From positions 1 through 64,000 of IMG/VR virus record IMGVR_UViG_3300037882_001492: a DNA stretch of 64,000 nucleotides; one strand, 5' to 3'. The notes below the pieces were generated by a model that had not been told where the DNA came from, made no database searches, and saw nothing but the letters and a program-made list of their open reading frames with translations. The position numbers and the translations under genes are program-made. The stretch comes from a virus. Shown here piece after piece: positions 27,068 through 35,406 of this stretch (position 1 is its first letter; every line of letters begins with the position of its first letter).

Positions 27068-27096
27068 ATTATACCCTACCTGACCATGAGGGTCAA
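27068..27096 (-). promoter_or_regulatory. Strong sigma70-type promoter inside the tRNA array
   Basis: TTGACC-17-TATAAT. Confidence 0.85.
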
Positions 27097-27134
27097 GCAT
27101 TTTCAAAAGATTTATTACGACCTAATTTCTGATT

Positions 27135-27222
27135 TGCTAGGAGTTCGATTCGAACGAACAATGTTAAGCAGCGAGGCGGAAGTTTTACAGACTTCTGGTT
27201 TCAACCATTCACCCATCCTAGC
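27135..27222 (-). tRNA. tRNA-Tyr(GTA)
   Basis: GAAGT-CT-GTA-AA-ACTTC, long variable region. Confidence 0.88.
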
Positions 27223-27231
27223 GTTATCTTG

Positions 27232-27322
27232 CGGAAAGAAAAAGATTCGAACTTTTGGAACCTATTTCCATAGATTCAACGATTTAGCAAACCGTCGCAT
27301 TAAACCGCTCTGCCATCTTTCC
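27232..27322 (-). tRNA. tRNA-Ser(GCT)
   Basis: ACGGT-TT-GCT-AA-ATCGT, long variable arm. Confidence 0.9.
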
Positions 27323-27324
27323 AT

Positions 27325-27400
27325 TGGTGCTTAGAAATGGACTTGAACCATTATCGCAAAGTGCTTCAAACTTTCGTTCTACCGTTGGAACTATCTAAGC
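27325..27400 (-). tRNA. tRNA-Phe(GAA)
   Basis: AAAGT-TT-GAA-GC-ACTTT, CCA. Confidence 0.88.
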
Positions 27401-27413
27401 AAAGATAAAAAAC

Positions 27414-27543
27414 ACTTAAGACAAAATAGACAAGATGTTTTTCTGTTTTACCGTTAAACTAACCCCGCTTTGTTGCAGGGTATGGGAATCGAACCCATAT
27501 CAGATCATTAAAAGTGATGTAATCCTATCAAACATTCTTAAGT
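27414..27543 (-). ncRNA. yrlA: YrlA-like Y RNA (circularly permuted tRNA mimic)
   Basis: Terminal stem ACTTAAGA/TCTTAAGT, inner stem GATAGGAT/ATCTTGTC, then T arm ATGGG-TTCGATT-CCCAT, loop-closed acceptor-like stem ACCCTGC-AACAAA-GCGGGGT, then D arm TA-GTTT-AACGGTA-AAAC; next to a Ro60 gene. Confidence 0.85.
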
Positions 27544-27556
27544 TACTTGAATCAAA

Positions 27557-27607
27557 AATTAAACAAAAGCGATTAGATATAATACTTCTCCAATCTACAT
27601 TTTAATT
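27557..27607 (-). ncRNA. Minimal Y-RNA-like hairpin 2
   Basis: AATTAAA-ATGTA-GATTGGA...TCTAATC-GCTTTTG-TTTAATT, same architecture as copy 1. Confidence 0.6.
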
Positions 27608-27622
27608 CTTGAAGATTTAAAT

Positions 27623-27682
27623 GAGAGACAAAATTACTAAGATATATGATCTACAATGATGTAATCCTAGTAGCATTCTCTC
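27623..27682 (-). ncRNA. Minimal Y-RNA-like hairpin 3
   Basis: GAGAGA-ATGC-TACTAGGAT-TACAT...ATCTTAGTA-ATTTTG-TCTCTC. Confidence 0.75.
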
Positions 27683-27698
27683 GATTTGTTTAGAAAAC

Positions 27699-27755
27699 GG
27701 AAGAACAAAAATTGATAAGTTATCAAAGCCATGTAAACCTATCGGCATTTCTTCC
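27699..27755 (-). ncRNA. Minimal Y-RNA-like hairpin 4
   Basis: GGAAGAA-ATGCC-GATAGGTT-TACAT...AACTTATC-AATTTTTG-TTCTTCC. Confidence 0.75.
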
Positions 27756-27789
27756 TTATTTCTAAATTGATTTCTGATTGTCAAGGATC

Positions 27790-27816
27790 GGGTAGGAATA
27801 TATAGTATCCCTACCC
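27790..27816 (-). terminator. Hairpin between the Ro60 gene and the Y RNAs (processing/termination signal)
   Basis: GGGTAGGGA...TTCCTACCC, no U-tract. Confidence 0.45.
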
Positions 27817-27833
27817 TTATTCTAGTCTTTCTA

Positions 27834-29369
27834 TTATAGAACGACCGCTTCGATTTCCGAAATCATTTTCTCGGCTGAATTCTCACCCTGAATAAACTTT
27901 GTGATTTGTTCTGTAACTGACGGTGTGAAACCTGCAATATTCAGAACATTTCTATTATTGGTGGGCGCAACGGTATGATTTCCCATAACAATGTTATGAA
28001 GAACAATCTTAATATTAGGATTCTGTTTAATCAATTGCTTGATTAGAGTGTTTGAATTATCGTCATAGCGTTCATCAACCCACGCTTCATTGTCTGAAAT
28101 CACATAAACAAAATCAGGATTATGTTTTAGTGCATGTTCAAAACAAAGTTTTGTATAAGTCGCTCCACCGTTATGAAGTTTGTCTGCGAAGGTAAGCGGA
28201 TTACTGTAAGTCTGATACTTAACTTCGTTCAAACTACTGTTAAAAGTACCAACATACGGATTTTCAACACTTCTAGCCATCATTGCACCAAACAACGCTG
28301 CTGCTTGAGTACACATAACAGTAGAGTCTTTCTTGCCAGTATATCCAGTAACAGGCTGATTCATCGAACCGGAACGGTCAATATAAATTGATCCCTTTGA
28401 CGGCATTTCACCAACAGAATAAGTTTCCATGCTAATTTCAAAAGCAGTTTGAAGTGCTTTCATAATTGAAACCGGAATTCCATCAGCGGCTTTGAATGCT
28501 GAGAAATATTGGAACGGGAATTGATTTGCTTTAATAATCTCTTCTCGGTCAACCAAACGATTTGCAACAATCTTAACAATCGAAGAATCGTTAAATGCAC
28601 CTTTACGATTCAACATGTTCAAATTCATACGCAAGGCATGATAAGAACAGTTTTGCAACCATTCATTCCAAAACTCAACAGGTAAAGTTTCAATGTTGTC
28701 CATATGGCGGAAATCTAATTTCGCCAACAGACTCCAATCAGCATTTTTGCCGTTTCGTGCTCTACGAAGTTCACTTAGAATTTTAATACGACTCTTAGCA
28801 GTATCAAATCCAAGAATATACTTTGCTACAGCATTTTTACTTCCTTCAAACTTCGGGTGGGAAAGAAGAATCAAGTCTTTCAACGAAGGATCGTTTCCAA
28901 TCGAATCATTCAACAGTTGAATGTCGCTACGATTTTCAATCCAGCGTTTAACAAGTTTCTTCGGAGACGATCCAAGTGAAACTCGACCAACTTTACCGGA
29001 ACGAATTACTTGAACATAGTTACGAAGCATCTTTCCGTTAGTGATAACTCGCGGAAATGCTTTCTTAACGGCTTCCATCGCACTACCTTTAGATAAGGCG
29101 GCTAAAATGTATGCCGGAGCATCCTTAATAGCACCATTTTGCTTTGCATAAACAGCAGTTTTAGCAGCGAAAATCGGATCAACACCTTGAATTGCTTCTT
29201 GGAGTTTTTCAACCAACGCATCACCGCTATTGTAATAGGTTCCATTCAAGAAACCATTCATTGCAAGCATGACAAGGTTTTCTTTACCTTTAAGTTTAAA
29301 TGCCGGAGCGCCAGCCTCATTTACAGAATTAGGCTTGGAACGGGCAGAAGCAAAAGTCTTTGTGTTCAT
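27834..29369 (-). CDS. rsr: Ro60/Rsr-like TROVE + vWA RNA-binding protein
   Basis: VNEAGAPAF, G..NGTYY, NGKMLRNYVQVIRSG.VGR.SLGSSPKKLV, GNDPSL.DLI...HPK, ALRMNLN, FPFQY, MIDAS DRSGSM, ISDNEAW; ATG 29369 with TATAAT upstream. Confidence 0.93.
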   Translation of the reverse strand: MNTKTFASARSKPNSVNEAGAPAFKLKGKENLVMLAMNGFLNGTYYNSGDALVEKLQEAIQGVDPIFAAKTAVYAKQNGAIKDAPAYILAALSKGSAMEAVKKAFPRVITNGKMLRNYVQVIRSGKVGRVSLGSSPKKLVKRWIENRSDIQLLNDSIGNDPSLKDLILLSHPKFEGSKNAVAKYILGFDTAKSRIKILSELRRARNGKNADWSLLAKLDFRHMDNIETLPVEFWNEWLQNCSYHALRMNLNMLNRKGAFNDSSIVKIVANRLVDREEIIKANQFPFQYFSAFKAADGIPVSIMKALQTAFEISMETYSVGEMPSKGSIYIDRSGSMNQPVTGYTGKKDSTVMCTQAAALFGAMMARSVENPYVGTFNSSLNEVKYQTYSNPLTFADKLHNGGATYTKLCFEHALKHNPDFVYVISDNEAWVDERYDDNSNTLIKQLIKQNPNIKIVLHNIVMGNHTVAPTNNRNVLNIAGFTPSVTEQITKFIQGENSAEKMISEIEAVVL

Positions 29370-29413
29370 ATTCTTTCTATTATAGTGTTTAAATTTTGAT
29401 TTTGAAAGGGAAA

Positions 29414-29490
29414 TGGTCAAGGGTGTTGGATTTGAACCAACTTCCGCAGAGTCACAGTCTGCTATTTTAGCCGCATAAACTACCCCTTGA
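29414..29490 (-). tRNA. tRNA-His(GTG)
   Basis: GCAGA-CT-GTG-AC-TCTGC, CCA; U-1:A73. Confidence 0.88.
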
Positions 29491-29498
29491 GTGTTTAT

Positions 29499-29873
29499 TT
29501 AGTTATCATCCTCATCTTCGTCTAGATCGTCAAAACAGATTTTCATTTCAGAGATTAACCCATCACTACCCCTCTTTACAAAAACAGGAAAAACTCCATC
29601 GCCGTGTGGAGTTCCAATAACCACGCCAAGACCAGGATGAGTTTTCTTTTCATCGAAGAACATTTGTTCCGGTTGCTGTGCAAAGTCATATTTATCCAAG
29701 AATTCATACCAAGTTTTTCCACGACCACCATACGGTTCTTCATTCTTGTCTTTAATAAAATAGCACGGATCACAAATCATAATCATGCCAGCATCAACAG
29801 CCGCATGTCCAATTAATTCCCAATTATTGTTATTATTTTTCATTTCAGTTTTTAAATCTCTAATTCTATACAT
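29499..29873 (-). CDS. DUF4241-like protein
   Basis: VDAGMIMICDPCY, TPHGDGVFPV. Confidence 0.65.
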   Translation of the reverse strand: MYRIRDLKTEMKNNNNNWELIGHAAVDAGMIMICDPCYFIKDKNEEPYGGRGKTWYEFLDKYDFAQQPEQMFFDEKKTHPGLGVVIGTPHGDGVFPVFVKRGSDGLISEMKICFDDLDEDEDDN

Positions 29874-30246
29874 AGCAAAGAATCCAAATATAAGTTAAAT
29901 AGTGCAACAACTGATCTGTCATAAGAGCAAAGAAATACCAATCGTTCTTAATACGCAAGGTACCTTTCTTAACTTCACACAAATCAAATTTCTTGCATAG
30001 ATTGACCTTAGACCAATCAATTAGATAATGACAGACAAAATCCAGCAATGCTAATTGAGTGGCAAGGATCGGAGAAACCACGAATGCCAGAATTATACCA
30101 GTCAAAACTGCATGATCTAATGAATGCCAAATGCCTCCGATATGACCAAACTTTCCTTTGTTTTGATGTTTAAACGGAACTCCATGTTGTAGAATTCCAT
30201 CTGCAAAATAATGTTTTACAACAAATGCTGTGAAAAGTGCTAACAT
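29866..30246 (-). CDS. DUF3307 membrane protein
   Basis: KHYFADGILQ, HSLDH, HYLIDWSK, DQLLH. Confidence 0.8.
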   Translation of the reverse strand: MLALFTAFVVKHYFADGILQHGVPFKHQNKGKFGHIGGIWHSLDHAVLTGIILAFVVSPILATQLALLDFVCHYLIDWSKVNLCKKFDLCEVKKGTLRIKNDWYFFALMTDQLLHYLTYIWILCYV

Positions 30247-30813
30247 TTAATCCACCGGATATGTTTCAATCGGTTGAGCAGACAAAGGATTTTCTTGGTT
30301 TTTAATAGCCTCTGCAAGCCTTAACATAGAACCATGACAGACAAAATAACCTTTTGCTGCATACTTAAACGCTCTACGCAAAGACGACATAGGGTAGGTA
30401 ATCTTATTAATTGCTAATCGTTTCTGTTTATTAACCAAATACCAGTCTTTATGACTAACGAAGTTTCTAAACGCGGCCTCAATTCCGGCCATGCAATTAA
30501 TAAAATCAAATGATTCTATTACTTGTTCGATAGATTCATAAAATTTACTTTTCACAAGATCGAATTTTCTTTCTTGCCAAATGTAACTAATAGAATTATC
30601 TGTTTCACGAATTTTAATTCCTTTTGAATTAAAAAACTTAACCATTTGATTGAACTGATCTTCTGTGGTAAAAAACACATCAATATCAGACAGTTCTCGA
30701 CTCCAATCAAAACAACCTCCTGCAATAAAGAAATCAATTTTATATTCTGTTTCGGTTCTTAAAGAGAAACCAATATCAGAGATTTCTTTAACTCTAGTTT
30801 CAGGTGTACTCAT
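30247..30813 (-). CDS. Pol-beta-family nucleotidyltransferase (CCA/polyA polymerase head-like)
   Basis: FIAGG...DIDVFF, FDLV, SFDF..C, R..KY..KGY. Confidence 0.75.
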   Translation of the reverse strand: MSTPETRVKEISDIGFSLRTETEYKIDFFIAGGCFDWSRELSDIDVFFTTEDQFNQMVKFFNSKGIKIRETDNSISYIWQERKFDLVKSKFYESIEQVIESFDFINCMAGIEAAFRNFVSHKDWYLVNKQKRLAINKITYPMSSLRRAFKYAAKGYFVCHGSMLRLAEAIKNQENPLSAQPIETYPVD

Positions 30814-31133
30814 TATTGTCTAGTAATCCAAGGAGGATAAGTGGGATTATGTTTCAATCGTTTGAAGTGTTTAATGTATCGGAATTCCACAACATTGTTA
30901 CAATATCGTGAAGTTCCAGTAATTTTAGATTTCAGTTCTTCTTCTGATTCTCCTAGATTGACTCGTTTGCACAAATCATGCCAAACTTCATCTTCCTCAA
31001 ATTTACGCCATTGGTTAGGATTCTTTCGATAGAGGCCGGTTTCTTTCCAGCCTCCACCAATTGCTAACCGATACATCCATTGTGGTCCGATTAAGGTTTG
31101 CAAATCATGTAAAGTGTAATCAGGTTTATTCAT
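30813..31133 (-). CDS. Hypothetical protein
   Basis: 106 aa, coupled start/stop. Confidence 0.6.
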   Translation of the reverse strand: MNKPDYTLHDLQTLIGPQWMYRLAIGGGWKETGLYRKNPNQWRKFEEDEVWHDLCKRVNLGESEEELKSKITGTSRYCNNVVEFRYIKHFKRLKHNPTYPPWITRQ

Positions 31134-31277
31134 TTCTGTTTAAGTTTCTTTCGATTCTTTTTAAATCTTGCTATAATACATTGCAACTCTTGTCTATCAA
31201 ATTTCGATAGTTGAGTTGCAAACACAGCAACAGAACACAAAAACTCATTTATCGCTTCATTTTCTGTTTTTGGTTTA

Positions 31278-31730
31278 TTAGCCATGTGCTAAAGCATGTT
31301 CGACTTGTTTAAAGAATGCAATCGCATCTTCTTCAGTTTTAAAATGAAAAATCAAACCTTGGCTCTGTCCATGATTAGCGATAAACTCAATATTTTTATT
31401 GGTTCGAATGAAATGAGTTACAGTTTTCAAATCAATCATAGCAACCTCGTTAGCAATCGCATAACGATTTGCCAGAATGTAATGAGTTGGTTTTGGTTGT
31501 TCGATTTCAATCTGGTTTTTGTCCTTCATAGTTAGCCCCTTATTGCATTCAACTAAAACCTTCTGACAAAGTTCTCGCCATTCTTCCGGTGTTATACAGA
31601 TAGCAACATCATCTTCGTGACCTTTTCGGGTCAAAGTGAAAAAACAGCCCATATCTTCGAAAAATCGAAGATCCATAAATTCGAATCGAAGGGGGTCTTT
31701 TTGCTTTTCTTTATGTGTTAGTTGTTTCAT
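31278..31730 (-). CDS. Hypothetical protein
   Basis: Likely start MKQLTHK just after the upstream stop. Confidence 0.55.
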   Translation of the reverse strand: MKQLTHKEKQKDPLRFEFMDLRFFEDMGCFFTLTRKGHEDDVAICITPEEWRELCQKVLVECNKGLTMKDKNQIEIEQPKPTHYILANRYAIANEVAMIDLKTVTHFIRTNKNIEFIANHGQSQGLIFHFKTEEDAIAFFKQVEHALAHG

Positions 31731-31731
31731 T

Positions 31732-32637
31732 TTAGACAGGAATAAAATATCCAGAAGTTTTAAGAAGATCAATTGCAAAGTTCCAAGCACGGTTCTTCAT
31801 AGCACCGCGAGAACCAAACATGATATTGTAATCTTTATTAGTTCCTTTACGAATAGGAGCCAAATGGTCAGTATAGTAGGAAACACCGTTAAACCAACCC
31901 CACAAAGTACCAGAAATCGGATCGTTAGTGCGATGGCGATAGCCTTGCATTAGATTATCCTTGACAACATGGTAGCCTTTGTCTGACGGGTCCAAATCCA
32001 AAGGTCCACGCAAGAAAGCATCAAAAGTAACATCAGGATGATTAATCGTGCATTCATACATGCTTCCAATCAAAGTGTTAATCTTACCTTGGTTACCTTG
32101 AATAGCAGTAATACCTTTAACGGCATGTTCTACCATTTTATGCATATTTGGAGTATGGGGAATTCGGAAATTGATTCCACCGATTCGCTTTCCAATGTGT
32201 GCCAATTGATTCATACAAGCCATACGCTTATCAAGAGTAATAATACGAATTGCATGAGATTGATCGAATGAGTTAATCACCATCAAACTACGACTAATCT
32301 TATCTGATTGACCAAACTTAGCCAACGGATCATTCTCACCAAGTTGAATATTCAGACCTACAATAGATCCATAACGATAATTGTATCCTTTCATATCCAT
32401 TTGGAGTCCAGTATTTTCACAAATCCTGGCACCAAGATCGTACAGATCACTATTAGAAAACACACGATAAGTTTTACCAACTACCGTGAAGATTTTATTA
32501 GTATCAGGACGAGTTAGGGCAAAGTAATCCTTAATGGGAACATAGTCGTCCACAATAGGGTTAATTACTGCCATCGGATTTTTGACTACATCGAAGTCCA
32601 ATCCGTTATCTCGCAAAAAGGTTTCTTTATTTAGCAT
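31732..32637 (-). CDS. DUF932 family protein
   Basis: GLDFDV.K, VVGKTY.V.SN, INSFD.S, RMACMNQL, I.HT, GTLWG.FN.V.YY.DH. Confidence 0.85.
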   Translation of the reverse strand: MLNKETFLRDNGLDFDVVKNPMAVINPIVDDYVPIKDYFALTRPDTNKIFTVVGKTYRVFSNSDLYDLGARICENTGLQMDMKGYNYRYGSIVGLNIQLGENDPLAKFGQSDKISRSLMVINSFDQSHAIRIITLDKRMACMNQLAHIGKRIGGINFRIPHTPNMHKMVEHAVKGITAIQGNQGKINTLIGSMYECTINHPDVTFDAFLRGPLDLDPSDKGYHVVKDNLMQGYRHRTNDPISGTLWGWFNGVSYYTDHLAPIRKGTNKDYNIMFGSRGAMKNRAWNFAIDLLKTSGYFIPV

Positions 32638-32984
32638 TTTTTGTTAGTCCAAAATTCACGAATCCAAACATAAAAATCACACGCAACACTAAGAGTATGG
32701 AAACCGACTTTGGTGACTATATTAGTGTTTTTATGTCCAAACAAAACCGTATTGTCCGGCCCCATTTCAATTACTGCAATATTTTGCAAATCAATAATAA
32801 ATAAATAAGCACCACGACATTCAAGATATCTTTTTTGATAAAGATAGATTTCCGGTTTATAGTTATAACTATAAAAACTATCAAATTTAATCGGTTTTCG
32901 CATGATTTTCTTTGGTTGTAGTTGCAAGACAATCTTGCACTTGCAAGGCAGCCTGTCCATTTTATAAGCGTGTCCATGCAACAT
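32631..32984 (-). CDS. Hypothetical protein
   Basis: ORF in operon, start uncertain. Confidence 0.45.
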   Translation of the reverse strand: MLHGHAYKMDRLPCKCKIVLQLQPKKIMRKPIKFDSFYSYNYKPEIYLYQKRYLECRGAYLFIIDLQNIAVIEMGPDNTVLFGHKNTNIVTKVGFHTLSVACDFYVWIREFWTNKKC

Positions 32985-33020
32985 GGACAGAGCGAAATTT
33001 GGGACAGGCTGCCGTGCTTA

Positions 33021-34064
33021 CTATCTAATTATACCCTGCGAGGCTGCGCCTGTCAAGGATAAAATTTTCTGTCTCACGAAGGTTTCAATTTCGCGCCACA
33101 AGAGTTTACGAGCCTCCGCGTATTCATTTTCTTCCAAAACAAACTCTGTGGTATTGCTTTCGTAATCTTTAACAATATCTGCAATAAACAAACCACAAAG
33201 CTTCTTAAAGTATTTGAAATCTAATTCCATCCCTTCATGTGATAGAACATTGTTTAATCTGTTTTCAGTCATGTAAGACATAAGATTAGTTAAGTGTTTC
33301 TTAGTAATCTCATTATCAACGATGATTGGCTCTCTAGGAGTACGAGAAACTTCTTTCCACTTCTCACCTTTGATCTTCAACATAACTCTATCGCCATTAG
33401 GAGTTAGAATATATTTTTGTAACATAGGTTTGATTACTCCACCTTCTGCAATGTTTTCCCCAACATCTGTATCTGCTAAATCAGGACGAAGGGTTTTATA
33501 GAGTTCGGATTTGAATTCTGGATTGAAGTTTAAACAATCTTTGAATTTACCTTGAAATAAGATTTTAGGAGTTGGTAAGTTTATAAATTTAGCAACAATT
33601 CTTACCCATTCTGGATCGTAGAAAGAGCAAATATCGTTCTCAATACTAAGAATATCAAAAACTACGAATTCAATATCGGGAGTGTAGTACACACCTTTCT
33701 GAATTGCTTTATAAGGAGAAACCTTTTCAGGGAAACTTCCCCCAATTAATTCCCCATAGATGATTATGTTTACACCACTATTTGATTCAAATATAGGAGC
33801 AAAATAAGATTTAATCTTCTCAGAAACCTTTTGAACTAATGCAGCCGAATTATAAAAGTTTTCACCTTCATTTAAGAAACCACTACGCTTCGCTGCTTTG
33901 ACTTCTTGTGTTTCTGAATCATAGTGAAACGAGAAGTTAGCACCGTGGAGTTTTTCTTCCACAATGCATTCAATCTCATCTAACCCAGGAATCTGTTCTC
34001 TGAAATAGTTAACAGTTTTTGAGTTATATGAGTTTTCAATCGAAGGGTATTTATAGAATTTCAT
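33021..34064 (-). CDS. rnl2: RNA ligase, Rnl2 family
   Basis: Motif I EKLHGANF, III YGELIG, IIIa FVVFDI, IV EGGVIK, V LKIK; C-domain TENRL.NV.S. Confidence 0.92.
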   Translation of the reverse strand: MKFYKYPSIENSYNSKTVNYFREQIPGLDEIECIVEEKLHGANFSFHYDSETQEVKAAKRSGFLNEGENFYNSAALVQKVSEKIKSYFAPIFESNSGVNIIIYGELIGGSFPEKVSPYKAIQKGVYYTPDIEFVVFDILSIENDICSFYDPEWVRIVAKFINLPTPKILFQGKFKDCLNFNPEFKSELYKTLRPDLADTDVGENIAEGGVIKPMLQKYILTPNGDRVMLKIKGEKWKEVSRTPREPIIVDNEITKKHLTNLMSYMTENRLNNVLSHEGMELDFKYFKKLCGLFIADIVKDYESNTTEFVLEENEYAEARKLLWREIETFVRQKILSLTGAASQGIIR

Positions 34065-34272
34065 TTTTCAAAATCTTAAGTGAGTGGTCAATAGAGTCTA
34101 ACTCATACATTTCTATAGTTTCTAATTCGTCTGCTTCATCATAATGACCAATTTTTTCTAATTTCTTTACAAGTGATCTAATCATTTGTCTGGCATTTTT
34201 TATATTTTGAATAGTTAATTTGATTTCATTCAAATTAGGATTTTCTAATTTGTTTTTAGTAGATTTTGCCAT
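34051..34272 (-). CDS. Hypothetical protein
   Basis: 73 aa in operon. Confidence 0.55.
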   Translation of the reverse strand: MAKSTKNKLENPNLNEIKLTIQNIKNARQMIRSLVKKLEKIGHYDEADELETIEMYELDSIDHSLKILKNEIL

Positions 34273-34274
34273 AA

Positions 34275-34472
34275 TTATTGAATCTCCACATATTCGCTAA
34301 GCACAATTAATGCCTGTTCATAACTTCCGCAATGCATTACTTTCTCACTCATTTCTTTAGCCTTTTCATGCATTCCATGTTTCTTCAAAGTTTGACCGAC
34401 TTTTCCCATAAGGAAAAAGATATTACCGTCAGTTCCAATTAACTGACATTTAGGTTTATTTTCTTTTTTCAT
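34275..34472 (-). CDS. Conserved small phage protein
   Basis: L.G.DGN.F..MG.V...L...GSYE.AL. Confidence 0.75.
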   Translation of the reverse strand: MKKENKPKCQLIGTDGNIFFLMGKVGQTLKKHGMHEKAKEMSEKVMHCGSYEQALIVLSEYVEIQ

Positions 34473-34693
34473 TTTAGATTTCCTCTAATCTCTTTAAAGG
34501 TAAACTCTTTTAGAAGTTCTCCATTCTCAAAAACAGGAATCAACAAATCTTCACGATTCGGCATTCCTTCTCTTAAGGTTATAAATCCATTCTCGCCATT
34601 ATACAAACCTAAACGACCTTTTTTAGACGCTTTGGACATATCGCTTGCAGGTCGTTTAAATACATCAAACCTTCTTCTAAATAAGCACCGCAT
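34469..34693 (-). pseudogene. C-terminal remnant of nicotinamide phosphoribosyltransferase (NadV/NAMPT)
   Basis: DVFKRP.SD.SK.SKKGRL.L...DLL.PVFENGELLKE.TF.EIR is the NAMPT C-terminus; catalytic core absent. Confidence 0.7.
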
Positions 34694-34854
34694 GATCGTC
34701 CATCATGTTCCCAATCCCAAACTGTACCCGATCCTCTAGCAATTCTATCTCGTCTTTTACGATTCCAAACCAAACCAGTAAAATCAGTTACTAGAATTCG
34801 GCACTCATCATCAATTTTCTCAAGTACCTTAAAATAAATTCTATAAGTGTTCAT
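34609..34854 (-). CDS. Hypothetical protein overlapping the NAMPT remnant
   Basis: 81 aa. Confidence 0.45.
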   Translation of the reverse strand: MNTYRIYFKVLEKIDDECRILVTDFTGLVWNRKRRDRIARGSGTVWDWEHDGRSCGAYLEEGLMYLNDLQAICPKRLKKVV

Positions 34855-35047
34855 TTCGTTTCCTGTATTCTGCGGCTCTTATAAAACAGAGTTCAATTGC
34901 TTCTTGTTCTTTGTTATTTAAAGAGTTTTGATGTTCAAACTCTTCTTCAAGAGCATCAATTTGCCCTTCATTTTCTTTCATAGCATCTTCGTATCCATCA
35001 TCATAACCTTCGTCATAATGACAACAATCTGAAAATCCTCTACTCAT
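34841..35047 (-). CDS. Acidic small protein
   Basis: YDEGYDDGYED. Confidence 0.6.
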   Translation of the reverse strand: MSRGFSDCCHYDEGYDDGYEDAMKENEGQIDALEEEFEHQNSLNNKEQEAIELCFIRAAEYRKRNEHL

Positions 35048-35406
35048 TCTTTATGAACAGTCCTTCTGTATCCTTTATGTCTCCGTGACCCAAGAATCCA
35101 CGGCGCTTTCTTTAAATCAATATGTTGCAAATAAGCAGAAATAGGAGGAATAGTTCCTAAATCTTCAATTACATGTAATTCTCCAATATCTCTTACATGA
35201 ACTTCTCTTTTGTCAGAATTAACCAAAATCCTTCCAAACATTTGTTCACAAAGAAATATACCGAAAGAATTATGAAGAATAGCACGATGGCGGTTATCGC
35301 CAAAATGACTTTTAGTTTGGTCAAACCATTCATGGATAGGGAGATAATCTGATTCATTACCTCCCCACTTTTTTACACAATTTCTTGCATGAACAATAGG
35401 TTTCAT
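35044..35406 (-). CDS. DUF6915-like protein
   Basis: P..HA....KKWGG...DY..IH.WFD, RHRA.LH..FGIF, HV.EDLG.IP. Confidence 0.7.
   Translation of the reverse strand: MKPIVHARNCVKKWGGNESDYLPIHEWFDQTKSHFGDNRHRAILHNSFGIFLCEQMFGRILVNSDKREVHVRDIGELHVIEDLGTIPPISAYLQHIDLKKAPWILGSRRHKGYRRTVHKE

Noticed and set aside
26620-27334. ORFs 26620-26817(-) and 27059-27334(+)
   Set aside because: They overlap tRNA genes and are shadow ORFs
27414-27755. CRISPR array or ordinary tRNA
   Set aside because: Repeats are degenerate and structural with no constant repeat-spacer period; in the tRNA-like part the T arm precedes the D arm and there is no CCA end
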